Source: Smithellaceae bacterium (lineage in GTDB: Bacteria > Desulfobacterota > Syntrophia > Syntrophales > Smithellaceae). Taken from it: a stretch of DNA of 64,000 nucleotides. Location: contig CAXXVL010000001.1 in assembly GCA_963667845.2 (NCBI GenBank), positions 448,001 through 512,000 on the forward strand, given 5' to 3'. Positions 32,673 through 42,330 of the stretch are shown here, one piece after another. Positions within the stretch are counted from its first letter, which is position 1; the number at the start of each line of letters is the position of its first letter. A model generated the notes under the pieces. It made no database searches, was not told the origin of the DNA, and saw only the letters and a program-made list of their open reading frames with translations. The translations under genes and the position numbers were made by a program.

Positions 32673-35600
32673 TACCTCCGTCAAACGCCCGGTTTTCGCC
32701 ACGATGGTCATCATGGCCCTGGTGGTGCTCGGCATCGTCAGTTATCCGTCTATCGGCGTCGATCTTTTTCCCAAGATCGATTTCCCCATTGTTACCATTA
32801 CAACGGTATTGAAGGGCGCCAGTCCCGACGTCATGGATGTGGATGTCACGGATCGCATTGAAGGCGCCGTCAATACCATTAACGGCGTCAAAAGCATTAC
32901 GTCCACGAGTTACGAAAGTATGTCCCGCACGACGATCGAATTCGTTCTGGAGCGGGATATCGATCAGGCCGTTCAGGATGTGCGGGAAAAAGTATCCGGC
33001 ATCCGCAACAAGCTGCCCGACGATATTGAGGAGCCCAAGATAGCCAAAGTGGATCCCGACGCTCAGCCGATTTTGTTTTTGAATCTTTCCGGGGACCGGT
33101 CGGTGCGTGATCTTTCCACATACGCCGATGAAGTCCTGAAAGAACAATTGCAGCGCATCAACGGCGTGGGCGACGTCATTTTCTATGGGCTCAGGCTCAG
33201 GCAGGTGCGCATCTGGCTCGATACCGCCAAAATGCAGGCCTATCAGGTGTCTCCCGGCGACGTCGTTATGGCCCTGAAACGTGAAAATATCGAGCTGCCG
33301 GGGGGCCGGATTGAAACCCGGACCAAGGAATATACCGTCCGGATCAAGGGTGAGTTTGCCAAGATTCCCGACTTCAATGACCTGATCATCAGTTACTATA
33401 AAGGCGCACCGGTCCGCGTCCGGAATATCGGCCGGGCGGAAGACGGCATGGAAGAAAAACGAACGCTGTCGCGTTTCAACAGAATTCCGGCCGTCGGCAT
33501 GGCGATTCAGAAGCAATCGGGAACCAACACGGTAGAAGTGGCCAACCGCGTGAAAGAGGAAGTGGCAAAAATAAACAAGACACTGCCTCCGGGGATGAAG
33601 GTCAATACGGCCGTGGATCAGTCGCTTTTCATTGTTCGTTCGATCGATGAAGTGCAGTTTCATTTAATCATCGGCAGTATCTTCGCCATTCTGGCTGTTT
33701 TTATCTTTCTCAAGAATATACGCACGACGCTCATCAGCGCTGTCGCTTTGCCTGTTTCCGTCATCTCGACCTTCGCGCTGATCAACGCTTTCGGCTTCAC
33801 CTTTAACAACATGACCATGCTGGCTCTGTCGCTCTCGGTGGGTTTGCTCATTGATGACGCCATTATTGTCATTGAAAATATCTACCGGCACGTGGAAGAG
33901 GGCATGGAACCCCGGGAGGCGGCAACTTTTGGTACATCGGAAATCGGTCTGGCGGTTATGGCGACGACGTTTGCCATTGTCGGCATCTTTCTGCCCGTTG
34001 CTTTCATGAAAGGAATTATCGGCCGGTTCTTCCTCCAGTTTGCCTTAACGATTATTTTCGCGATTCTGGTGTCCTTGCTTGTTTCCTTTACCCTGACACC
34101 CATGATGGCATCGATCTTTCTTAAATCGCATAAGAAATCCATCCCCAATCCTCTGGGTGCGGGTGCCGGCGGCGTCGGTAGCGGCAAAAAAGCCATCTGG
34201 ACCAGAATCAGCGATCGGATGGAGCATTATTACACAAAACTGGAATCGTTTTACCGTGCGGCTCTGGAATTTACTCTGGGCTATCGCAAAACGGTGCTCG
34301 TATCCGCCTTGATCATATTTCTCCTGAGCCTGGGTCTTACGGCTTTTATCGGGAAGGAATTCAACCCGCCCGAAGATCAGGGTGTCTTCATGATTCGCAT
34401 GGAAGCGCCGATTGATTATTCCGTTGAGCAGATAGAACAATATCTGGGAAAAACGGAAGCCATGATGCAGGACATTCCGGAAATCAAATCTGTTTATTAT
34501 GTTCAGGGATACGGGGGCTATCCCAATCGTGCCCTAATGATGCTCAATCTGAAGCCGAAGGCTGAACGCGAGAAAAGTCAGGAAGATCTCAAGAAGATTG
34601 CGCGAACGAAATTGCGGGCGATTCCCGGGTTGAAAGTATCTGCGGAAGACATTTCGGTTGTCGGAGGCGGGATCAGAAATGTGCCGATTCAATATAGTAT
34701 TCGCGGACAGGATCTCGGCGCCCTGCAAAAGTATGCAAAGCAGATAACGGCTGAATTCTCCAAACTGCCGGGGATTGTGGATGTGGACACTTCACTGGAG
34801 GTCGGTAAGCCGGAATTCAAGGTCTACATTGACCGTGACCGTGCGGCCAATTTGGGTGTGGACGTGGCCAGTGTCGCCGAGGCGATCAACCTACTGATCA
34901 GCGGAGAACTGGACATTGCCCGGTATAAAGATGAGATCAAGGGAAAGCGATACGATATTCGTGTGAGACTCAATCCGGAGGATCGCGAAAGCGCAAGCAC
35001 GATGCAGCGAATTTCCGTGCGTGCCCGCGATGGGAAACTCGTTGAACTGGCCAACGTGGTCAAGGTAGAGGAAGGCACCGGCCCCAGCGTCATCAACCGT
35101 GTTGACCGGCAAAGGGCCATTACCGTATTTGCCTCACTGGAAAGTAAGCCCCTCGGACAGGCCAAAGACGAACTCGACGGCATCGCCTCCAAAATCCTGC
35201 CGTCGGATTATTTGCCCAAATACCAGGGGATGGCGGATACCATGAAAGAATCCTTCGGCTATCTGCTTTTCGCCCTGATGCTGGGCGTCATCATGGCCTA
35301 TATGATTCTGGCCGCGCAGTTCGAAAGCTTCGTCCATCCGGTTACGGTTTTGCTTTCTCTGCCGCTGTCATTTGTCGGCGCGTTCGGCGCTTTGTTTATC
35401 ACGGGCAAGACGCTCAATATTTTCAGCTTTATCGGCTTGATTCTGCTCATGGGGCTTGTAAAGAAGAACGCTATCTTGCTCGTGGATTATACGAACGTTT
35501 TACGAGGCCGCGGCATGTCGCGTCGTGAAGCCATCCTCCAGGCGGGACCTGTCCGGATGCGTCCCATTCTGATGACGACGTTCGCGATGGTTTTCGGTAT

Positions 35601-35793
35601 GTTGCCGATTGCATTGGGAGTCGGCGAAGGTGCGGAAACGCGTGCTCCGATGGGGATCTCGGTGATTGGCGGGCTCTTGACTTCACTCGTATTGACGCTG
35701 ATTGTCATTCCGTCCGCCTATGATATCTTCGATGACTGGCAGGAAAGATTTAAGAACAGAAAAAGCAGAAAAGAGAAACTTGCGCAAAAATAA
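32659..35793 (+). CDS. RND efflux permease (AcrB/AcrD/AcrF family)
   Basis: VKRPVFA, GLLIDDAIIVIENI, GLVKKNAILLVD, RMRPILMT; 1044 aa. Confidence 0.97.
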   Translation: MWLADTSVKRPVFATMVIMALVVLGIVSYPSIGVDLFPKIDFPIVTITTVLKGASPDVMDVDVTDRIEGAVNTINGVKSITSTSYESMSRTTIEFVLERDIDQAVQDVREKVSGIRNKLPDDIEEPKIAKVDPDAQPILFLNLSGDRSVRDLSTYADEVLKEQLQRINGVGDVIFYGLRLRQVRIWLDTAKMQAYQVSPGDVVMALKRENIELPGGRIETRTKEYTVRIKGEFAKIPDFNDLIISYYKGAPVRVRNIGRAEDGMEEKRTLSRFNRIPAVGMAIQKQSGTNTVEVANRVKEEVAKINKTLPPGMKVNTAVDQSLFIVRSIDEVQFHLIIGSIFAILAVFIFLKNIRTTLISAVALPVSVISTFALINAFGFTFNNMTMLALSLSVGLLIDDAIIVIENIYRHVEEGMEPREAATFGTSEIGLAVMATTFAIVGIFLPVAFMKGIIGRFFLQFALTIIFAILVSLLVSFTLTPMMASIFLKSHKKSIPNPLGAGAGGVGSGKKAIWTRISDRMEHYYTKLESFYRAALEFTLGYRKTVLVSALIIFLLSLGLTAFIGKEFNPPEDQGVFMIRMEAPIDYSVEQIEQYLGKTEAMMQDIPEIKSVYYVQGYGGYPNRALMMLNLKPKAEREKSQEDLKKIARTKLRAIPGLKVSAEDISVVGGGIRNVPIQYSIRGQDLGALQKYAKQITAEFSKLPGIVDVDTSLEVGKPEFKVYIDRDRAANLGVDVASVAEAINLLISGELDIARYKDEIKGKRYDIRVRLNPEDRESASTMQRISVRARDGKLVELANVVKVEEGTGPSVINRVDRQRAITVFASLESKPLGQAKDELDGIASKILPSDYLPKYQGMADTMKESFGYLLFALMLGVIMAYMILAAQFESFVHPVTVLLSLPLSFVGAFGALFITGKTLNIFSFIGLILLMGLVKKNAILLVDYTNVLRGRGMSRREAILQAGPVRMRPILMTTFAMVFGMLPIALGVGEGAETRAPMGISVIGGLLTSLVLTLIVIPSAYDIFDDWQERFKNRKSRKEKLAQK

Positions 35794-35820
35794 TTTTTTG
35801 ACGCTCAGAGAGGTTTCCCC

Positions 35821-36111
35821 ATGAAAATGTTTCTTGTTGTTTACGCCGAGGCTTCCGATGAAACGATCACCACTGCATTTAAGAATGCCGGCTATAGATC
35901 CTATACGAAAATGCACGGCGCGACGGGTGAGGGCGAGGAGAGCGAACCCAAACTGGACACGCATTTCTGGCCCGGGAGGAACAACACGCTGCTGTTTGCG
36001 GTGCCCAACGAAGAAGTTGAACGTCTGATTCAACTGGTGAGAACACTGAGGAAGGAGCAGCCGCGTGCCGGTTTGCGGGCTTTCACATTTCCACTGGAGG
36101 AGTGCGTTTAG
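35821..36111 (+). CDS. P-II-like transporter-associated protein
   Basis: YTK..GATGEG...EPKL.TH.WPG.N; last gene of the RND operon. Confidence 0.8.
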   Translation: MKMFLVVYAEASDETITTAFKNAGYRSYTKMHGATGEGEESEPKLDTHFWPGRNNTLLFAVPNEEVERLIQLVRTLRKEQPRAGLRAFTFPLEECV

Positions 36112-36287
36112 CGATGGCGGGCCCCAGAAATACGAACAGACAAAAAGACATTTCCCGGCTCCTGAGGCAGAAGAAGACGGTCTTACCTGTGCCTCTCAAA
36201 GAAAGGAGGCAAGCGCCTCCCGGGAAAAAGGGCAAATAGAAACGTCTGCCGATCCGGCGGCGCAACGTTCCAATGGCGAGCCGTTGG

Positions 36288-36770
36288 TCAGGCTTTGTGA
36301 TAGAACATCCTCAGATATTCTTTTTCCATTTGCTGAAGATCCTTGGTGCGTTCTTTCAGCATCCACTCCAGGAAATCCCGGTGCCGTTTAAGTTCCAGCT
36401 GGGCCCTGATTCTGGCTTTAACGACGATGGGCTTGAACGGTTTGGTGATATAGTCCGCAGCATCCAGCTCAAACCCCAGCGCCTCATCCTCTTCCTGTCC
36501 TTTAGCGGTTATAAAAATGACCGGGATCGAGTTGGTGTATTCATCACTCTTGAGGCGTTTGATCACCTCGTACCCATCCATGTCCGGCATGATGATATCC
36601 AGGAGAATTAAATCAGGCCGTGCAGTGGACATGGCAATTTTCATCCCGACATTTCCGTCTTTGGCAAACAGGACATTATAATCGTTCTGAAGCAGTTCGT
36701 TGAGCACGGAAATATTGGAAACTTCATCATCGATGATCAAAATGGTCTGCATAAGCTTGTCTGTCTTCAA
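36288..36770 (-). CDS. Response regulator (receiver plus short coiled coil)
   Basis: ILIIDDE, PDLILLDIIMPDMDGYEV, IPVIFITA, DYITKPF. Confidence 0.95.
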   Translation of the reverse strand: MKTDKLMQTILIIDDEVSNISVLNELLQNDYNVLFAKDGNVGMKIAMSTARPDLILLDIIMPDMDGYEVIKRLKSDEYTNSIPVIFITAKGQEEDEALGFELDAADYITKPFKPIVVKARIRAQLELKRHRDFLEWMLKERTKDLQQMEKEYLRMFYHKA

Positions 36771-39700
36771 TTTTCAACCCCTCCTCTCGGGCTTGGATTA
36801 ATTTTTTCAGAAAGGTCATCGAGCAGGTGCAGCGCACCGGCGAAATCAAGGTTCGTTAGCCTGGACGCAAGCTGGTTCAATTCAGCGTCAAACGAGCGAT
36901 TCGGCATGTGTCTTCTTAAAGCAGCGAATTGTTTTGCGGCGCGTAAATCATTATTTTGCAGCGATAAGGAGAGGTCCCGGAAGAGCGAAGCAAGTGCGGC
37001 TGCGTCGGGTTGTGCTGCGTCCGGACGATCGAGTCCGTGATTTCGATTGGCGTCTGCGAGCTCCGTGACGGAGCGGAGAGCGACGGCAAACGCATCTTCG
37101 AGCTCACGTGCCGCGGAGATAATGTCCTCCGGAGTGCCCGACCGAACCTCATGTTCCAGTTGCTTTGCGCGGCAGGCGACGTCGGTCAGCGACAAATTGG
37201 CCGCGGCGCCTTTGATCGTATGAACCTGATCAGCCACGAGTCGGTAATCTTTCTCCCGAATGGCTTTGGCGATTTCACTTTCGGCAGACACATAGTGATC
37301 GACGAAGGACGTGAGCAAATTAAGATACAGACGCTTATTGCCCTGAAGCCTTTCCAAACCTTGTTCGAAATGAATGCCCGGCAGCGACTGGGGAACATTG
37401 AAGCCGGAGTCGGCCTCCTCCGGGCTTTGGCCCGGAGGGGCGGCAATATTTTCGTTTCTCTTCGGCCGCGGCGCGAGCCATTTGACGAGGACGGACATCA
37501 AGACCTCTACGTCGAGGGGCTTGGCAATAAAATCGTTCATGCCGGCGGCGAGGCATTCTTTTTTGGTGCTCGCCGTGTCATGAGCCGTCATGGCCACGAT
37601 CGGGATGTCCTTCAGACGGTCTATTTTCCTGATGCGGGCCGTTGCCTCCAGACCGCTCATCCCCGGCAGCTGTATGTCCATGAGGATAAGATCGTACGCC
37701 GCCGCATTGATTCGCTCCAGAGCCTCCGGTCCGGTGTTGGCGATGTCGACCAGGAGTCCCATTCCTTCCAGCAATTCCGTTGTGAGTTGTTGATTAATGA
37801 TGTTGTCTTCCACGAGCAGAACTTCGGCATCTTCCATGCGGTCGGATATGTATTCACGCACTTTTTGATCTGCGGGACTTCCGGATGCCGCGTTCGCGTC
37901 AGGGGGCGCTCCGGAATCCGGCCCGCGGCGGTCAAACGGGATGGTGAAAGAGAAAATGCTGCCTTTGCCCGGCTGACTCTGCACCTGAATCCGGCCGCTC
38001 ATGATTTCCACCAGCCGTTTACAAATGGCCAGACCGAGTCCCGTTCCGCCGAATCTCCGTGTGATGGAAGAGTCTGCCTGGGAAAACGGCTGGAAAAGTT
38101 TGGACACCTGTGCCTCGGTCATGCCGATGCCGGTGTCTTCGATGAAAAACGTCAGCCGGCAGGTTTCCGGGGAAAGGTCCCGGGCGACCACGCGAACGGT
38201 AACTGAGCCGGACGACGTAAATTTAACGGCATTGTTGGTGAGATTGAGCAAAATCTGGTTTAAACGCAGCGGATCGCCGATGAGTGCCAGAGGGACATCC
38301 GGTGCGATGGAGAGGGTAAACCGGACTCCTTTTTCCTGAGCCTTAAGCGACGCGATTTCCGAGGTGTTCCGGATGACCTCGTCGAGCTGAAAATCAACAC
38401 TCTCAATTTCCAGATGTTCGGCTTCGATCTTGGAAAAATCGAGAATGTCATTGATCAGATGGAGAAGGTTTTGTGCGGATCCGGAAATCATATTCAAATA
38501 ACGCCGCAGTTTGGGCGTCAGGGTGTTCTGCAGCGCCAGGTTGGAAAAACCGATGATCGCGTTCATCGGTGTGCGTATTTCGTGGCTCATATTCGCCAGG
38601 AATTCATTTTTGGACTGCGACGTTTTTTCGGCGGCTTCCTTGGCGATGCGCAGCTCGTCGAGCCGTTTCCTTTCGGTGATGTCCCGCATCATGCCTTCGT
38701 AGTACAGGACATTCCCCGCCTCGTCATGGATCACACGAGCATCGACGAGGGTTGTGATGGGGGTTTTATCCTTCCGGTGGGCGAGGTATTCAATGTCCTT
38801 CACATAGCCGTATTTCTTGATCAGCGACAGCATTTCTCTGATTTTAACCGTATCGGTGTAGATGTCCGGAGGCGGGTTTTCGTAGACATCGAGCATTTCA
38901 TCGACCGAGGCATACCCAAGGATTTGCGCCAGAGCCGGATTGACAGTCAGCATCCGGCCCGACGGAGCGATCTGAAAGACGCCTTCATTTGCGTTGTAGA
39001 AGATATCCCTGTATTTGGCTTCCGTTTCCCGCATGGCTATTTGAGAGGAGGTTAATTCCCGGTAGCGGGCGTTGTTGCGCTCCACCATCCTGTTGACGGC
39101 CTGCTTCAGGCCGGACATCTCCCGGGTCAGCTTGGCGTAAGGCATGTAGACGTTTTCATTGACATCCGAATTGCTGACCTTTGTTGCATAGGCTTCCAGG
39201 TACTCCAGCGGGCGATTCACATAATGGATGAGCACAAGAAACAGAGCCAGCATCAGGATGAGCGTGAAGAAGATAAAATAGACGGCAGTCTTCAGCATGC
39301 TGTGGAGCAAATCGCTCCCGATAAATTCCGGCGTGATAAAAATTTCCAGGGTGCCGATGCTCTTTCCCCCGTAAAGCAGGCTGCTTGTTTGATAAAGATG
39401 GTTTGCCCGACGGATGCTTCCGGTTGCCGGGACGATGTGCCAGTTTTCATCCCGGGTCAGCGCCGCAACGATTTGGCGATCATCTCTCACGACGACACCC
39501 GCGAGGGTTTTGTTCTGCATGTAACTTTCGATGATATGGGTCAGGCCGTCGACGTTCTTCGTCTGCAGCGGCTGGGCAATGCCCAGGGAGATTTGCCCCG
39601 AAATCTCGTCGAGGCTGATGCGCAGGTGTTCTTCGGCGTTGCGATATTCCCGGTAATAATTGAGAGCGGCAAATGCGGTCATCAGCAGGGCGGTCACGGT

Positions 39701-39781
39701 GATGAGCGCGATGATGATGACGGTTCTCAGCGACTTGGCGGGACGAATGGTATCCTTGTTAGGTGTCATCATGAAATGCAC
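36767..39781 (-). CDS. Hybrid sensor histidine kinase (periplasmic sensor, HAMP, PAS, HisKA, HATPase, REC, HPt)
   Basis: FLANMSHEIRTPMN, NNAVKFT, DTGIG, GGTGLGL, LLVEDN, ILMDIQLP, HTIKGAA. Confidence 0.96.
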   Translation of the reverse strand: MHFMMTPNKDTIRPAKSLRTVIIIALITVTALLMTAFAALNYYREYRNAEEHLRISLDEISGQISLGIAQPLQTKNVDGLTHIIESYMQNKTLAGVVVRDDRQIVAALTRDENWHIVPATGSIRRANHLYQTSSLLYGGKSIGTLEIFITPEFIGSDLLHSMLKTAVYFIFFTLILMLALFLVLIHYVNRPLEYLEAYATKVSNSDVNENVYMPYAKLTREMSGLKQAVNRMVERNNARYRELTSSQIAMRETEAKYRDIFYNANEGVFQIAPSGRMLTVNPALAQILGYASVDEMLDVYENPPPDIYTDTVKIREMLSLIKKYGYVKDIEYLAHRKDKTPITTLVDARVIHDEAGNVLYYEGMMRDITERKRLDELRIAKEAAEKTSQSKNEFLANMSHEIRTPMNAIIGFSNLALQNTLTPKLRRYLNMISGSAQNLLHLINDILDFSKIEAEHLEIESVDFQLDEVIRNTSEIASLKAQEKGVRFTLSIAPDVPLALIGDPLRLNQILLNLTNNAVKFTSSGSVTVRVVARDLSPETCRLTFFIEDTGIGMTEAQVSKLFQPFSQADSSITRRFGGTGLGLAICKRLVEIMSGRIQVQSQPGKGSIFSFTIPFDRRGPDSGAPPDANAASGSPADQKVREYISDRMEDAEVLLVEDNIINQQLTTELLEGMGLLVDIANTGPEALERINAAAYDLILMDIQLPGMSGLEATARIRKIDRLKDIPIVAMTAHDTASTKKECLAAGMNDFIAKPLDVEVLMSVLVKWLAPRPKRNENIAAPPGQSPEEADSGFNVPQSLPGIHFEQGLERLQGNKRLYLNLLTSFVDHYVSAESEIAKAIREKDYRLVADQVHTIKGAAANLSLTDVACRAKQLEHEVRSGTPEDIISAARELEDAFAVALRSVTELADANRNHGLDRPDAAQPDAAALASLFRDLSLSLQNNDLRAAKQFAALRRHMPNRSFDAELNQLASRLTNLDFAGALHLLDDLSEKINPSPRGGVEN

Positions 39782-39906
39782 TTCTTAAAAGCCCTGTGAC
39801 GAATCTCATTTATTTTGTGAACGGATTATAGGGGATTTACCTGATCGCGTCAATGCGCAATAAGAAAGACGCTCTGCACGTTATCCGGCGCAGCGTCCCG
39901 GGAAAA

Positions 39907-40968
39907 TCAGTTTGTCTGCTGAGTCCCGCTCAGTTGACCGCAGGCGGCAAGAATGTCGCGGCCCTTGCTTTTGCGGATCATGGTGGTGAAATGCCTGTCC
40001 AGCAGAATTTGCTGAAACGCATCTACGTCTTTCGCGGAGGGCGATTTGAACGGCGATCCGGGGTATTCGTTGAAGATAATGAGATTCAATTTGCAGCGCT
40101 GGTCGGTGAGCAGCCGGGCCAGTTTTTCCGCGTCCGCGCGGGAGGAATTGACACCCGCGATCAGGATATATTCAAACGTCAGCAGCCGCCGTCCCGGCAT
40201 CGGGTATTTCTTGCAGGCGGCAAGCAGCGTTTGCAGGGGGTATTTCTTATTGATCGGCATGAGACGATTGCGGGTTTCGTCGTCGGGGGCGTTTAACGAC
40301 ACGGCCAGATTAATACACACATCATTGCCCAGTTGCACGATTTGCGGCGCCAGCCCGCAGGTGGAGACCGTGATCCGGCGATTGGACATGCCCAGGCCGA
40401 AGTCGCAGGTGAGGATTTGGATCGCCTTCAGCGTATTGGCATAATTGGCCAGCGGTTCGCCCATGCCCATCATGACGATATTGTTGACGGCGGCGCCTTC
40501 CGGCGTCTCGTGCTTCAGGGTAATCATCTGGCCGACGATTTCTGCGGGCGTTAAGTTGCGCTTGAAGCCCTGCCGGGCGGTCAGGCAGAATTCGCAGCCC
40601 ATCGCGCATCCGGCCTGTGTGGACAGGCAAAGGGTCCAGTGGCTTTTTCCCGGAATGAGCACACTTTCGATAAAAAGGCCGTCTTCCAGAACGAGTAGCG
40701 CCTTTTGCGTGCCGTCCTGCGATTTTTGCATTTTGACGATCCTCGGCCGGTAGATGCGGGCCGAGTTTGCGAGCGTCTCCCTGAAATCACGCGCGAGCGT
40801 TGTCATGGCAGCAAAAGACATGCATCCGGATTGATGAAGCCACTTCATGATCTGGCGCGCCCGGTAAGTCTCCTTGCCGGAAGCCGAGATAAACGCTTCC
40901 ATCTCTTCGAGCGTGAAATCGAGCAGGTTGGGCAGTGGATTATTTTTTTTACTCAGCATTGTGACCAA
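39907..40968 (-). CDS. rlmN: 23S rRNA m2A2503/tRNA methyltransferase RlmN
   Basis: CLSTQAGCAMGCEFC, MGMGEP, ITVST, SLNAP, FEY, DI.AACGQL. Confidence 0.97.
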   Translation of the reverse strand: MVTMLSKKNNPLPNLLDFTLEEMEAFISASGKETYRARQIMKWLHQSGCMSFAAMTTLARDFRETLANSARIYRPRIVKMQKSQDGTQKALLVLEDGLFIESVLIPGKSHWTLCLSTQAGCAMGCEFCLTARQGFKRNLTPAEIVGQMITLKHETPEGAAVNNIVMMGMGEPLANYANTLKAIQILTCDFGLGMSNRRITVSTCGLAPQIVQLGNDVCINLAVSLNAPDDETRNRLMPINKKYPLQTLLAACKKYPMPGRRLLTFEYILIAGVNSSRADAEKLARLLTDQRCKLNLIIFNEYPGSPFKSPSAKDVDAFQQILLDRHFTTMIRKSKGRDILAACGQLSGTQQTN

Positions 40969-41066
40969 TCATCATGTCGCCCGCGCAGCCGTCATCCGTG
41001 CCGGGCGGAAGAACTGCCTGACACCGGCTCTTGGCAATCATGGACAGCGTGCGGCGGCTGGAGTCG

Positions 41067-42296
41067 TTATTTCCCATCCTGAAGGTTCTTCCCGAGCGTT
41101 GCGGCAATCGCGTCGATAAAGTCTTGTGTATTGACCTTGCGGTTGGACGGCCGTTTTTCGGCGAGCGCGAGCAGGTCGCCGGTCATGACGCCGCCCTCGA
41201 CGGTTTCCAGCGCCGCCCGTTCGACGGCATGGGCAAAGGCCACGACCTCGGGCGTGGAGTCGAGCTCACCGCGCTTGCTGAGGCCTCCGGTCCAGGCAAA
41301 GATCAGGGCCATCGAATTCGAAGACGTTTCCTCACCTTTTAAATGTTTGTAGTAATGTTTCTGGACGGTGCCGTGTGCGGCTTCGTATTCAAACCAGCCG
41401 TTCGGAGACACGAGCACCGACGTCATCATGGCCAGCGATCCGCTGGCGGACGCGATCATGTCCGACATGACATCGCCGTCGTAATTCTTGAGCGCCCACA
41501 GGATCCCGCCTTCCGTCTTCATGATGCGTGCGACCGCGTCGTCGATCAGCGTGAAAAAATATTCGATTCCGGCTTGGGCAAATTTATCCTTCCAGTCTTT
41601 CGCAAATTCGCTCTCGAAGATATCCCGGAATCCGGCGTCATATTTTTTGGAGATCGTATCTTTTGTGGAAAACCAAAGGTCGATTTTTTCGTCAAGTGCG
41701 TAACTGAAGCAGGCCCGGGCGAAACTTAAGATCGATTGTTCCAGATTGTGGTTGATCTGGATGACGCCCGCGGACGGGAATTCTTTGACCAGAGCCCTCT
41801 CAGGCTTCCCGCCGCCGGCCGGCGTGAACACGACTTCCAGTTTCCCGGCCCCGGGGATGTTCATTTCGAAATTGTCGTAGACATCGCCGTAAGCGTGGCG
41901 ACCGATCGTGATCGGTTTGTGCCAGGCGGAAACGCCCGGCTTGATATTGTTGACCAGGATGGGCTTGCGGAAAACCGTTCCGTCCAGCATGGCGCGGATC
42001 GTCCCGTTGGGGCTCTTCCAGGCTTTCTTTAAATGATATTCTTTGACCCGGTCCTCGTTGGGCGTGATCGTGGCGCACTTGATCCCGACACCGTATTTCA
42101 TGATGGCGCGGGCGGCGTCAAACGTTACCTGATCGTCCGTATCGTCGCGATGTTTCACGTGCAGATCGTAGTAGTCGATGTCCATATCCAGATAGGGAAG
42201 AAGCAATTTGTCCTTGACCATCTGCCACATGACGCGGGTCATTTCATCGCCGTCCATTTCAACGACGGTCGTTTTCACTTTGATTTTTTGAGTCAT
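41067..42296 (-). CDS. icd: NADP-dependent isocitrate dehydrogenase (homodimeric type II)
   Basis: [39 protein letters not shown]. Confidence 0.97.
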   Translation of the reverse strand: MTQKIKVKTTVVEMDGDEMTRVMWQMVKDKLLLPYLDMDIDYYDLHVKHRDDTDDQVTFDAARAIMKYGVGIKCATITPNEDRVKEYHLKKAWKSPNGTIRAMLDGTVFRKPILVNNIKPGVSAWHKPITIGRHAYGDVYDNFEMNIPGAGKLEVVFTPAGGGKPERALVKEFPSAGVIQINHNLEQSILSFARACFSYALDEKIDLWFSTKDTISKKYDAGFRDIFESEFAKDWKDKFAQAGIEYFFTLIDDAVARIMKTEGGILWALKNYDGDVMSDMIASASGSLAMMTSVLVSPNGWFEYEAAHGTVQKHYYKHLKGEETSSNSMALIFAWTGGLSKRGELDSTPEVVAFAHAVERAALETVEGGVMTGDLLALAEKRPSNRKVNTQDFIDAIAATLGKNLQDGK

Positions 42297-42330
42297 ATCA
42301 ATCGGTACTCCGTATCGTTTGGATTAAAGA

